A DNA stretch of 64,000 bases from Salpingoeca rosetta (taxonomy: Eukaryota > Protista > Choanoflagellata). The notes under the pieces were generated by a model that was given only the letters and a program-made list of their open reading frames with translations, did not search any database and was not told the origin of the DNA. The stretch spans positions 1,215,297-1,279,296 of the forward strand of contig JAWQFM010000019.1 in the NCBI GenBank assembly GCA_033442325.1, read 5' to 3'. The first letter of the stretch is position 1; the number at the start of each line of letters is the position of its first letter. This document shows, one piece after another, positions 1 to 31,738 of this stretch. Made by a program: the position numbers and the translations under genes.

Positions 1-131
1 CAGACAGACAGAGACAGACAGACAGAGACAGACAGACAGAGACAGACAGAGACAGACAGAGAGACAGACAGAGACAGACAGAGAGACAAAACAGAGAGAC
101 AGAGAGATGGAAGGGCAGAAGGCGCACACAC

Positions 132-275
132 CGTTGACGAAACGCTTGGTCATTTGCCTCAGTCAGCCCATGTGCACTTGCGTTCATCTGAAGAAGAGTA
201 GGGCGAGACGAGGGTGAGATGGGATGGAATGACATGAATCGGAGGGGAGTCACGTCCAGCAGTGGCGGAAGTCAG

Positions 276-374
<99 letters not shown>

Positions 375-589
375 AGACTTACCAGACACAGTACGGCGCT
401 TGGTGCACGTCGCTGAGCACAAACAAAGCGTGTGGTGGACACGGTGATGCGGTGTCGATGTGTTTGAAATGTTCTCCTGTGAGGGCATCGCCAAGAGTGC
501 GTGGAGCAGCAGCCACAACAGCAGCAGCAGCCGCCGCGGCCATCAAGACCTTGAAGCGGAGAAACGACAGACGTCTGCTCTCGTCCCAC
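132..589 (-). CDS. 5' part of a hypothetical spliced gene running off the window start
   Basis: Strong donor CTG|gtaagt at ~383. An in-frame exon at ~132-187 (cag|ATG AAC GCA...CG|gtgtgt; MNASAHGLTEANDQAFRQ) follows ORF 272..589. No recognisable domain and the start codon is uncertain. Confidence 0.35.
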
Positions 590-963
590 ATTGTGCTCCG
601 GCGCACTCAGGTATGCTCATGTGTGCTCGAGTGCTGCCGTGCTGGCGCTGTTCGATGTTGTTGCTTAGCTTGCTTGCTTGAGTGCTTGTTTTTTGCTTGC
701 TTGTCGCTCATTGTGACCCTTCATTCCTTGCTAGATTTGTGATGTTGTCGTCATTGATGTGGGAGGACAGCAGACGCTGATGTGGTGGGCATGTTGGAGG
801 GCAGTCATGGTTGAAGGTAACTTGGCACTGTGGTGGTGTGGTAGGTAGGCAGGCGCACATGACAACAAGGGCGCTTGCTCCAACCTTTCACACACACACA
901 CACCTACACACACACACGGACACACACACACACGGACACACACACACACACACACACACACAT

Positions 964-1597
964 TCAAAGAAAGCTCGTTGGTCGGCTGCCTTGTCCAAAG
1001 GAACCCTGCGCACGCCTTGCGCGAGCGTGGTCATAAGAAGGTGGCTGGTCAACAGGCTTGGCATTCCACAGGCATGTCTTGTAGTCCAGCACATCCAGTG
1101 CCCTCACCGCCATGCTGCGATCCGGCTGTGACTCCGCCATCATGCCTTCCAACAGCAACCGCTCATCCCCAGGCTCGTGTCTGCTGCCCCGAAAGCTTGA
1201 AGTCCACGCCCGTGTGTCCGGATAGTCGTACTCCAGGTCGTCGTCTTCATCATCACCATCATCGCCGCCTGTTTCGCCATCGCCCCCGCGCAGATCAGCG
1301 TCCTCCTGCACATACCCATAATCATCGTCATACTCCTGCCCACGCCCGTCACCACCCTCCCAATGCTGATGCCTCACGCCGCTACTAGCGTCGTTGCGGT
1401 CGCCCGGCCTGTCGCTGCTGCGGACAGCACCCCGGTGTGATTGGCCGACGTGCACACGTCCGCCGTCCTCGGAGGCGGCGGAGGATGACACCGACACGTC
1501 GCAACCCGCAGTCAGCACCTCCCCAAGTTCACCATCCTCTCGCTCGACCAACACCGCACCTCTGTTCGTGTATGCATCTGGCTCCCCACGGTTGCCG

Positions 1598-1635
<38 letters not shown>

Positions 1636-4600
1636 GCTGCTGACATGCTGCTGGCCGCGGTCGCCCTCGTCCTCGCCCTCGCCTTCGTTGCCAACGAACC
1701 TGCCTGGCCCAACATAGTCGCCCAGTGGCCGCCACTTCCCATCCTCCTCCAGGGCATCCGATGTCTCCCACATGCTTCCTGTGTGCTGGGACACTGTTGT
1801 GGCGCACTGGTGTGAGCTGCTGGCGTCCCACTCATCGCCGGTCGAGTCTGTTACACTTGCGCCCATGCCCAGCCCAAACGAGTTGAGTAGGCGAAGGCGC
1901 TCGTCGTAGTCAAACAGGCTGTGGTGGCTGGACTCGGGCGCAGGGCTGAACACAAAGTCGATGCTCTCGCCACCACTCTCTCCTTGCTGAGCACCCCTTC
2001 TCCGATCACCCATGTCATCGTGGCTGCCACCGCCTTTGTCATCTCCAGGGGCTCGCCCTCGGCTGCGACTGCGACTGTGGCTGCAACCACTCATCAACGC
2101 GTCACCACGCCGACTGCTGCTCTTGCCATCACCATCACCGTCGCCATGCCCACCATCACCACCCTCCTTCGCTTCGTTCTCGTCGCTAGTCACAGTCGAT
2201 GCGGATGACGATGTGGCTGACGATGAAGGTGACTGCCACGCATCCTGACCGTCGAGGGCCTGCTGCACCTCCATCAGTGCCACCAAGTCGCGCTGCATAG
2301 CGTCGTGGTCGTAGTCATACGCATGCTGCAGCAGCGGGTCTTGGGGCCCCAGGCTGCTCAGGTTGGCCGACAGCACGCTATTGCGCTGTGCGTCGCCTTG
2401 ATCTCCATTTGCTTCGTCTTCCAAACTCGCACCACTCGTACCACTCGCTCTGCGACTGCTGCTGTTGCTGTTGTTGCTGTTGTTGTTGCTGTTGATGGTG
2501 GAAGGATTGGCCGTATCCGTATGGGGCCTGCCAGTTTTCCCGTCAACAGTCGAGCCGCCATCTGCCCTCTCGCTGCCGCCTGCCGGCTGGCTGCCGGTAT
2601 CAGCGGACGAGGTGTTGGCGGTGTGGGGTGCTGTTGCCCTGCCGAGTAAGTGCGTCATTGTGCCGATGGTGGTGATGGACACGGCCGAGCAACTCATGTC
2701 CTCGGAGTGCTGCAGCTGTGAGCATCGCTGCAGGTGGCTGTGGCTTGGCGTTGCATCCGCTGCACTACGATCTGCAGTGCGACCACGTCCGCTCGCTTGC
2801 TGGTACTCTTCCTGGCTGTGCTGACTGCCGGCGGTCGTGCGTTGGCTGGAGACCATCGACGCCTGTGTCTCGTATGCCGGTGCCTTGGGTGCCGTGCTCG
2901 CAAGACTGGCCGTGCTCCGCCGCCCTGCTGCTGCCTGGCGTGCATGCGAATGCGTAGCTGGGACACGGGTCGCTGTGGACACACGGCCTGCTGCTGCTGT
3001 TGATGCTGCTGTTGGTGCTGAGGGGGTGGAGGTCATCACAGAGCGCAGAGGGTGCTGCGAGTCTAAGCGTGTGCGGGCATTACTGGCAGTGACCACGTGG
3101 CCCTGGATCTCGGCTTGCACGGCGCTGTCCGAGACGGCATTTCGGGGACCGCCAGCAAACCAGCTGTTGATGCGGCGCGTCATGACGTCCTGCCGCATCT
3201 GCGCGAAGAGTCGCGGGTTCATGTTGCGCATGAGGGCAGGCATGTCCATGCCGTAGCGAAGCCTGAGGTCACCCGCACCGTGAGAGGCCACCCCAATCCA
3301 CTCGCCATCCTCCCTCACGTGGGTTTGCATGTGCATCTGGCTGCCGCGCGCCCGAGCCGCTGCGACGTTGCTGTCACTGTTCGCAGTACCGATGCCTGCA
3401 GCGGAGTGCCGGGGATACCTGGGTGGTGCCCCAATGCCGCCCCACGAGTTGCGGAGGTTGGGCAGCCCGGCATATGTGAAGCGGTACTCGGCTGGATGGG
3501 TGGGAACAGGCAGTCCACCAGCACCACCGGCACCACCGATGTGATGGTGCCACACGGGGAGGGAGGCCCGCCAGTTGTGCACCTCCTCCGCTGGTGTGCG
3601 TGCTGCGGCCAGCAGAATCTCCAGCGGGGATATGGAAGACAGGCCGCCGCCGCGGTGCAGGCTGCGTCGGTTCCAGGCTGCCGCTGCCGCTGCTGCAGAC
3701 CTCATGGACGTGGACGACAATGGGCGCGGGTGCTGGTGATAGCGGCGGTGCGAGCCGCTGTTCCTGTTTCCGTTGGAGTTGGTGGAGGAGAGTGGGCGCT
3801 TGAAGCGCCTGCTTTTGCTGCTGCTGCCGCCGCCGCTGCTGAACTGGATGAGATCATCTCCATCGTCATCGATCCACCCTGCCTCGTCCTCTTCCACAAA
3901 GTCAAACGCGGGAGGCTCTTCCACCCGCACCTCGCCGCCCATGTGTGGGAAGTTGGTGCATTGGTAGTACAGCGTGGATGGTGCATCAAAGGGCACATGG
4001 AAGATGATCACGTCGCGGCCAACACCAGGCGCACCCGTCACGCCACGCACCCACGCAGCGTCGGCGCTGGTTCCGCCGTTCTGCGGCACCCCACCATGCG
4101 CCGACAGCGAGATGTGAAAGGGGTATTGCTGTGGCACGCCATCCAAGTGGAACTCGTACGTGTGCCCTCGTTCGAGATGGATCGCCTTCCCGGGCTCGTG
4201 TTTGCGCATGCCTTTCGTGCGCAGTGCAAAGCGAACCTTGGTAGCTGTACGCGGCTTGGCAAAGTCAGTGGCCCTGATACTGGTGCGGGTGGTGCTGGTG
4301 GCGGTGTCAGCGTTGCTGTCGTGGTTGCTGTTGGTGCTGCCGAACCACTTAGAGTGTGCTCTGCCGAATATGCTGGGCTTGTTGCGACTCACGTTGCGTC
4401 GGCTCGACCTTGCGCCAACCACGGCATCGCGGCGAAAGCTGTTCACAGCGGCGGCGGCTGTCGACGATGTGGTCGGCGCTTGTACGGTGTCGGGGCCAGC
4501 CGTGGGATCGCTGCCGTTGCCGCTTTCGACAGAGGAGCCTTTGGTAGTCGTGGTGGCGGCGGTGGTGGTGTCATCGACTGTCACGACCTTGACGTGGATG

Positions 4601-4989
4601 ACGTTGGAAGGGATGTTGTACCCGAAACACCACCAAACGAAGCCTGCCGCAACACCAAGCACAACAACCATCACACACGGCACCAGCCATGCTGCCACAG
4701 CTGGCGACGAAGCTGATGACGATGAGGATGGCGGTGGCAATGGCGATGAAGGCGATGATGGGGGCAGTTGTTGTTCGCTGTCGTTCCTGATGCTGTTGTC
4801 GCTGTGTGTTGTCGATGCTGATGCTGGGGTGGAGACTGGTGTTGAAGGGTCTGCGGCACAAGGTGCGGGCACGAACGCCGACGTCGCCACCAGGAGTACC
4901 AGCAGCAGTAACAGCGGCCGCATACTTGTTGCTGCTGATGCCCTTGGCGTACACACACTTTCATCTGCTCGTCGCTGCGGTTGCTTCAT
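964..4989 (-). CDS. Single-exon type I membrane protein with a cupredoxin-like (Skeletor-type) domain and a long low-complexity tail
   Basis: 1405-codon ORF 964..5181, with likely start at 4989 or 4923. Signal peptide MRPLLLLLVLLVATSAFVPAPCAA, TM WLVPCVMVVVLGVAAGFVWWCF, globular block IHLERGHTYEF...YPFHIS...VPFDAPSTLYYQCTNFPHMGGEVRV (~3915-4240), then disordered S/G/D/N-rich sequence. Confidence 0.8.
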
Positions 4990-6423
4990 CACCGGCTCGA
5001 GCGGGCCCAGCGCTGTGAAGGTGAAAACGGGTGAGGGTTGGTGGGACAAAGTCGAGGCAGATGTTGTTGTTGTTGTTGTTGTTGTTGTTGTGTGTTTGCG
5101 TGCGTACGTGTGCGTGTGCGTGCGTACGTGTGCGTGTGTGTGTTGTGTTGATTCGGGGAGGTGCGTGATAGGGGGTGTCATGTAAGGGTGTTTGTGTTGT
5201 GGTTGAGTTCCATTGTCGAAAATTCACCAAAGATGGCGCGGACACAGTGAGCGGACAGCATGATGACAGTCAGATCAGCAACTCAGCAGCTCGAACAACA
5301 GAAGCAGCAGCAGCCACGACTAGCACACAAAGCGCAATTGGGTGGGGTGTGCGACAGGCAGACTGCATGCCATGCCTGGCACGGCAAGCACGGCAGCAAC
5401 GCTCCTGGGCTTTTGTCTTCTTGTGGCGAACAAGAGGAGAGGAGCATGTATGTACATAGTGTACACAGGTACACGCGCCCCAAGCAAAGGTCCTCCATGC
5501 CTCACCCAAGCAACAGTGGATGGTTGGTGCACGTGAGGTGGCAGCTTCTTGGCTGCTTGTGTTTCAGTCCGCAACAACAGCAAGTGACTGGCGAACCGCT
5601 TCTTTGGCCTCCTGACGACCAAAACTCCCCTGAAGTGGCGAATGCTGACACCAAAACGTGTGGCGAAGCCGTGTTTCGAAACCCGCCTGACATCCGATTT
5701 TCGGTGGTTTGTGCTTTGGAGCTGACCACTCGTCCTTCCTTCCCACCAGCGCATGCCCATGCTTCATGGGTTGTTGTTGTCCTTCCCCTCTGCCATGTGT
5801 CGCGCATCGAAATGCGCCCTGACGGCCGGACGGGCGGGCTTGTTTTGGGTGGCGGGCGAGAAGATTCTGTTCCCTCACCCAACCAACCAGCCAACCAACC
5901 AACCAACAACCAACCAACTGTTGTCCTGACCTGACTACAATTCACAAACCCAACTCGACCCTCACTCCATATGCGTGTCGGTTGCATCGCGGCCAGTTGT
6001 TGTTGTTTGGCGTTGCCACTTTACAGCCTTGCTTGCTCGACCGTTGGTGCTGCCTTCTGGTGCAACCTCTGACTGACCTGCTTGGAGACGAAATTTCAAC
6101 ACGCACGCCGACCCAGCGACAGCACAGCAGCCAACCGAAAGGCAAGCAAACGCCAGCGAGCACAAGGCTACAGTTGTTGCGACACATCTCCTGCCATTCA
6201 CCCATTCATCCAGCCATCCATTCATCCACAGCAACAAGGACGATCGTCAACACCAACGGATGTCAGCGAGTGCCGCCCCGTGAACCCTTGTTCTCTTCTC
6301 AACCACAAGCCACACCACGCCACAGCGGCAGCAGCGAACCGATTCAGCTCAGCTGCACAAGGCAGATTTAACAACGCACCAAGCCAACAACAGCAGCCCG
6401 TTGCTTTGTCGACAACCGCGGCA

Positions 6424-17580
<11,157 letters not shown>

Positions 17581-18017
17581 ATGCAGTGCAGTGCAATGGA
17601 GGGCACGTTTTTGATCCAAATCCACAGACAAGTTACGCGATCATCATGTGCATGTGTGATGGTGGGTGATGCTTATTTTGTTCTTGGCTGGTGCCAATGG
17701 TCAATGTGCGAGTTGGTTTGAGTGTTTGTGTCGTTGTATCGTTGAGTTGAATTGTGGACAGTTGTGCGTTGTTGTGTGCGATGTGTTACTTCTATTTCTT
17801 CTTCTTCTTGAGTTACATTTGAGTTGTGCGACGCACATATGAGCTGGCGAGTGCTGTGTGACATCATCATTGTGGCTGTTGTGATTTGAGACAAATGAAC
17901 ACAGTGTGGAGCAACAGCAACAGCAACTCATGGACATGAACGCAAAGCGCGTTAGCCAAACAAGAAAAACGAAGCAAGAAGGACCTCCAATCATTTTCAA
18001 TTATCCAATCAATCGAA

Positions 18018-18429
18018 ATGATCGCGCTGCCGCTGCGTGTGTTGGTGGTGGTGATTGTTTGGGCTGTCGTCGCAGGCACCGCGGACGGTGAGCCGGAGGG
18101 GCGTGGTGGATGAGGGACATGCGCCATGGATGAACACCTGGCTTGTTCCGGGGTGGGGTTTGGTGGGACTATGTGGTTTCACTCGTGGCTGTTGCTGATC
18201 GGTCACATCATGCTTTTGTGTGCTTGTGCAGGCAACTTTGTTGGCCAGTTGACGGTGACCGTCCTCAACGCAACCCTCAGCCAGGCTCGCGACACACACG
18301 TGGATCTGCGACTGGAGGAGGGCACGATCGATCGCACAGAGAGCACGGCCGTTGTGTTTGCCAGCTCCGAACCTGTGTGGAACGAGACCTTTGTCTTTGC
18401 CAATGCTGCATTCGTAAGTAGGCTTTGTG

Positions 18430-18523
<94 letters not shown>

Positions 18524-18617
18524 CGTGTGTGTGTGCGTGTGTGCGTGTGTGTGTGCGTGTGTGCGTGCGTGTGCGTGTGTGTGTGCGTGCGTGTGTGCGT
18601 GCGTGCGTGCGTGTGCG

Positions 18618-18649
<32 letters not shown>

Positions 18650-20403
18650 TGCGTGTGTGTATGTGCGTGATACTCTTTATGCTTCTCGTTCTGTGCGTTG
18701 TGACGCAATGTGATGTTGACCTGGTGCTCATCATCAACCGATGCAGGAGCTGTTGGAGATTAGCTTGCAGACTGCATCATCAACACTGTTGAAATTCACG
18801 GTGACGGACTTCCAGACCAACGGCAACTTGCAGTTCTTCAACACAGCGCACAGAATCCATGTCTACATCGAGTTTACTCCAGGTACGCTGCCTTCCTTGT
18901 GCTCTTGCCATTATTCTTCCTCCTTATCCCATCCTAGAACGCAGTGGAACAGCCCTAGAAGCAGTTCGCCAACCTTTAATCCTCTCTCACCCTAACCTGC
19001 CCCATTCTCCTGTTCGTGCCTCCCATATCACGCAACAGATCCACAAGAGTACAACTGCGTGGATGTGGCGCAGTTGTTTCCGACATGCAAGCACACATGT
19101 GACGGCCCTGTCCGAAACACGTACACCATGTGCTGGAGCGACTTCTACCAGGACCACGTCAAGATCGAGTGCGAATGCGTGTGTGTGTGTGCGTGCGTGC
19201 GTGTGTGTGTGTATGTGCGTGTGTGTACGAGTGTGTGTGTGTGTGTGCGTGTGTGTGCGTATGTGTGTGTGTGTGTCTTCTGTGCTATTTGCGCATGTAT
19301 ACAATTGTGGGCGTGTGATCATGTGTCTTCTCTATGCGTGTGCATGTCTTATCTTTGTGCATCTTTTCTTGTTCATACTGCACCATCTCATGAGCACTTG
19401 GCATCCCTGCAGTGACTGCGCTGGTGTGGACCGGGCGTGTGTGTGGAGTTCCGGCACGAGCCAGACGTGCCCGGATGCAGACTTTGTGCCCACAGATTGC
19501 GGTTGCAGCGACCTGTTTCTCAAGAACACGACATGCGTGACCTTTACCGATTGCGTCAGCGCGGGCGATCATTACGCCATCGACCGTGTCCACCACAACC
19601 TCTGTGTTCGTGAGTTGCCTTGCGAGAGTGTCAGCCGTGTTCGTGCTCCACTCGTGCTCCCGCTCACGAGCGCATGTGGTGTATTGTGACATGATATGCC
19701 ACTATTTAGCGCACCCACACATCTTCCACACCCACACTCAGCCTTTCTCACCACCACCACCACCATCACGACCACCACCACCACTGCGGCATTATCGTCT
19801 GCCAGCCATCTCAGAGTGTGGTCCTCATGAATACGAGTTTTCACCGCCCAGCACATCCGTCGATCGCACATGCACATGCGAGTCAATGCGTGTATGCGCG
19901 TGCGTGTGTGTATGTGTATGTTTGCGTGTGGATGCGTGTGTGTACATGTGCGTACGTGTGCGTGTAAATGTGTGTGTGTGTGTGTGTAGATGCGTGTGCG
20001 TGTGGATGCGTGTGTACGGCCTGAACTCGACCCTCGAGCGCGGCTATTGTGGTCCAATCTCCCACTGTGATCACGCTTACCTTTCGTGCTGTCCTCACCC
20101 CGCGCTCATTTTCCGCATGCGTGCCACCAGCGTGCCCTGAGGAATGTGAAGCGTGCATTGACAAGGAGCAGTGCACATCTTGCATTGCCTCGCACGCACT
20201 CCATGACGGGATCTGCACACCCGAGTGCCCCTACCGCTACTTCAAGAACGCAGAAGGAATATGCCAACGTAAAACAGCTTGCTCTTGCAACGCATCACAA
20301 CTACCGTTTTAGATCAATGTGAATGGTGGTGGTGGTGATGATGACAAAACCACAACCTCCACACACACACACACACACACACACTCTCTCTCTCTCTCTC
20401 TCT

Positions 20404-20439
<36 letters not shown>

Positions 20440-23400
20440 TTTTCATTCTTTTACATCTGCTCGCACCTGCTCGCTCGCATTTACCCACCTTCACATCCCC
20501 ACCTGCGCACCCACTGCCTCTGACTGCAGAGTGTGGCAGCAACTGCGAAACTTGCGAGATCACGGCAGACACGTGCTTGACGTGCATTCAGGGCGGAGCA
20601 CCGCCTTCGTGCACCTCCGAGTGCGACATCGGCCAGTTTGACTCTGGCTCAACATGCAGCGGTGAGGGCTTAAGTGCGTGTGTACGTGTACGTGCTATTG
20701 TGCAGACATCAGTTTGAGCGTGTTCGCGTGTGCATGCATAAGCATGCTTTTCCAACAAGCTAACGGGAGTGGGATGCTACTGTCCTGTTTCACATATTTA
20801 CTTGTCTGGTTTCAGACTGTGATGACCCTTGCCACACATGCTTTGGGGATGATCAGGTCTGCACATCGTGTTCGGGTGCCGACTTGCTCACCGGTCAGTG
20901 GTGATCCCCGTCTTGAAACCTCTGATGTGATGTGATGTGATGCGATGACTTGGCAAGCACATGTGGTGCCCAATCTTGTGCTCGGCGTGGTTGCAAGCTC
21001 CCCACCCCCACCATCCCCACCACCATCCCCACCATCCTCGTCACCATCACGCGCATCCTCTGTTCCTGTGCATCAGTTTCCATGTCGGAGTGCGGCTCCA
21101 GCTGCCCCATCGTCGGCAGCTTTTCGCGTGATTCAATCGAGCAACAGCCCAACATCAACATCTGCTACCGTGAGTTTGCACACGTGTGTTTGATGATGAG
21201 GCCAATGTGCATGTTCTCTCGCGAATGCGTTGTTTTGTGGCTCTTTGCTTGCATGTGCTTGGGTATGTGTGTTGGTGTATGCTTGCGCATGTGTGCGCGC
21301 GTTTCGTACATGAGCACGCGTACTCACCGATTCCTTGTTGCCGCGGCGCGGTTGAACTGCCTTTACCAGCGTGCCGTTCCGGCTGCGGCACCTGCGACCG
21401 GCGTGGCGTGCAGTGCACATCGTGTCAGGTGCACACACACACACACACAGACACACACACACAGACACACACACACACAGACACACACACACACACACAC
21501 AGACACACACACACACAGACACACACAGACACACACAGACACACACAGACACACACAGGCCCACACACACAGACACACACAGACACACACAGACATACAC
21601 AGACACACACACACAGACGCGCAGACATGGTCATATATTCCTTGTCCCTCCTAATCCTCTTCGTCATCATTGATGCTCCAAGGGCGCTGACAAGCTGCGG
21701 GACAACGGAAAGTGTACTGACACTTGCCCGCCTGGCCACCTCGTTACTGGTAGCTCGGTGAGATATTGTGCACGTGAGCTAATGTTCTTTGAGGCCCTTC
21801 CTTTGCGCGTTGTATGGCAGCGTTGTGCTGTCATGCCGATCAAAGCACACTGCCGTTCTCCTGGGAGCCATTCCTGCCATCGAAACAATTGCTCTTTCTT
21901 CCTTCCCCATGACCACCACCACCACCACCACCACCACCACCACCACCACCACCACCACCACCACCACGACAACAACACCAGTCGTTTGAGTGCAGGAAGT
22001 GCGCCAACGGGTTCATCTCCACATCCGGTTCCAGCTGCTCGCCCTGCGGTCTGGGCGAATACCAGAAGGACGTGGGCGCATCCTCGTGCGATGTACGTTG
22101 TTGCTGTCACACGTGTCATCATCGTCGTCGTCGTTGTCGTCGTCTTTGTTGTTGGTGTCGTTGTTGTTGTCATCGTGCTGTGTTTGAAGCATGTTTTGCT
22201 GGCATTGCAGACTACCCTCCATCGAAACCAGCCTTGCACTGTCTGCTCATGCTTCAATCTCACGCTCGCTGCTGCCACCTGCAACTACGACGACTAATGT
22301 TGCCACTGCACGTGCAGATGTGTCCACCTGGAACGTTTCGCGCGGATCCTGCCGGGCACGCCCTCGCCAGCTGCACGCCGTGTGAACCCGGCACATTTTC
22401 CGGCGGACACACGTCCATGTGCATTACGTGCCACGATGGGGCCATTGCCCCAACATACGGCACACCGTCATGCATCCCCTGCCCCGAGAACACGTACAGC
22501 CTGGAGGACAAGACACGGTGCTTTCCCTGTCCCCCACGCACCTTCTCGTACCGAGGACAGTTCAAGTGCACAGACTGTGCCGAGATCTGTGAGTACGGGT
22601 GCACGGAATACGCTGAAAACTGCATCCCTGCACCGCCAACACCCATGGCGACGGTCGCTCTCGGCACCACGACTACGACTGTCACCGCAACCACGACGAC
22701 GCCAATGCCGGCAATAACGACGACGGTGGGTGAAGTCACCTCGACAAGTGAGCAGACAACAGTGCAGGACGGGACCAGCACAAGCGATCCGGGGTCCCTA
22801 CCACCATCAGCGTCACCATCGCCACCACAGCCATTGACGACGACGACGACAACAACAACAACAATGACAACCTTGTCACCTTCATCAGCAGCATCATCGT
22901 CGTCACCAGGCGCCCCCGCAACGACCACCACCACCACGGCGAGCAGCACGTCGTCTTCGTCGGCGCTCGCTGGCGGAAGTCGCAACAGCAGCAGCAGCAG
23001 TGGCACCATCCCCATCATTGCTGGTGCTGCCGCTGGGGCGGTGCTGGTGGCTGCACTCGTAGTCGTCCTCATTGTGCGGCGGCGGCGACAGACGCGCGTG
23101 CACAGCAAAGTGGGCCGGGCTGGGAAGGTGTTGTTGGAGAGCACGAACGGCGCCGATGGTGGCGGTGATGGTGATGGCAGCAGTGTACCACCAGCGGTGC
23201 TGTTGTCGGGCTTGAAGAGGAATCCTGTCTACAGCGCCGCAACCAGCACCGACGAGGGTGTGTTTGCGTGTGTGCTTTTCTGTGTGTTTGCTGTGTTTGC
23301 GCGTGTGTTTGCACGTGTGTTCATATTTGTTATGTCTCGCCCTGTGGTGTTGCTTTGCGTGTGCTCGTGCGGAATTTTGCGCTTTCTGGTGGATGACACC

Positions 23401-24273
23401 ACTCAACCCCCTTTTGTGTTTGTGTCGCTCAACAACAGCCACCGCCGCGCACACGTGGGACGCGAGCACGTATGACGTTGTTGACCGGCGTGATGGCACT
23501 GCACCTCAAGCACAGCACTCGTGGAGCAACACGGCGTATGATGTTGGAGGTGCGGCAACGGCAAGCGCACGCGCACTCACTTTCACACACACACACACAC
23601 AGACAGACAGACACAGACACAGACACAGACACACAGACAGACAGACACACACGCACGCATTTCATCGTCTTGCGCGACGCCTCCAAGCACAACGCACACA
23701 GACAGACAGACAGACAGACACAGACACAGACACAGACACACAGACAGACAGACACACACGCACGCATTTCATCGTCTTGCGCGACACCTCCAAGCACAAT
23801 GCATCTGCCACTGTTTCCTCGGCTGTGTTGACGGCCCGTCTGGTTTGCGCTGTGGTCTGTTGCTGTGGTGACAGGGAGTGGAGAAAGCGCCTACGATGTG
23901 GTGCAGTCAACTGTTGGCGGCGACAGCAGCTCAGGACCGCAGCCTGAGCACGCGTGGAATGCGGCAGCATACGACGTCGGAGGTGAGGCTCTTGCACATG
24001 CAGTTTGTGCGTGTGTGTTGTGATGCGATGTGCGTGGCACCGCGCTGTGTTTTGTAACAACTTGTTATTCACCGACTTCACACACACATCACACCACACA
24101 CGCACACATCACACACACTACACACACACACACATCACTCCACACACACACACACACACATCACTCCACTCACTCACACACACACCACACAAATCACACC
24201 ACACTACTCAGAAGGGGAGCGAGGAAGCGGCAGTCAGTACGTATATGCTGCGCCTGCGAATGTGGATGTGTGA
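18018..24273 (+). CDS. Multi-exon non-catalytic type I receptor: C2 - TSP1-like - furin-like Cys repeats - TNFR/ephrin-receptor-like repeats - mucin stalk - TM - Tyr-motif tail
   Basis: Signal exon MIALPLRVLVVVIVWAVVAGTAD (18018-18087). C2 motif QLTVTVLNA...PVWNETFVF; CPEECEACIDKEQCTSC-type repeats; CPPGTF/CEPGTF/CPENTY repeats; T/S-rich stalk; TM IPIIAGAAAGAVLVAALVVVLIV followed by RRRR. Tail exons ~23439-23549, ~23876-23982 and 24212-24273 splice in frame and end ...NVDV*. Confidence 0.8.
23585..23800 (+). repeat. Intronic tandem duplication (~110 bp unit, two copies)
   Basis: The unit (CAGA/CACAGA)n-acgcacgcatttcatcgtcttgcgcgac(g/a)cctccaagcacaa occurs twice. Confidence 0.85.
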
Positions 24274-24603
24274 CAGCGCCTTTTCATGGTCGTTGAGGGT
24301 TAGAGGTGCGTGACCATGTATGCGACGTTAAGGGTTTCCGATTCCAGCGAGTAGCTCTCTTCTCCATGCGAGTTGTAAACAAATTGCTTCATGAAGCATT
24401 GTGGTATGCACCATGTAATGTGTCAAACGCGTTGTCTTGAGGAGTGATGGGGACGGACAAAGGTGCACGCACACAGACACGTCAGCGTTGGAGGAGGTGA
24501 ACAACACGTAATGGATTGCAAGTAACGAAAGCAGAGAAACAGTATCGTGAGCAGAAGGTGGAAGGGGATGTGAATGGAGAGGAAGGCAACCAAGTGCAAG
24601 GCA

Positions 24604-31738
<7,135 letters not shown>

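Noticed and set aside
185-385. TG|A junction giving an in-frame TGA (possible selenocysteine) if ORF 379..606 were the coding frame
   Set aside because: It would be followed immediately by further stops, another frame splices cleanly, and I could identify no SECIS element.
3097-4716. 539-aa plus-strand ORF
   Set aside because: Antisense shadow of the 964-4989 gene; it has no domain and is expected in GC-rich coding DNA.
23585-23800. Repeat-spacer-like pattern (also 51876-52040) as a CRISPR array or mobile element
   Set aside because: Simple local tandem duplications inside introns, with no unique spacers, cas genes, transposase or terminal repeats.
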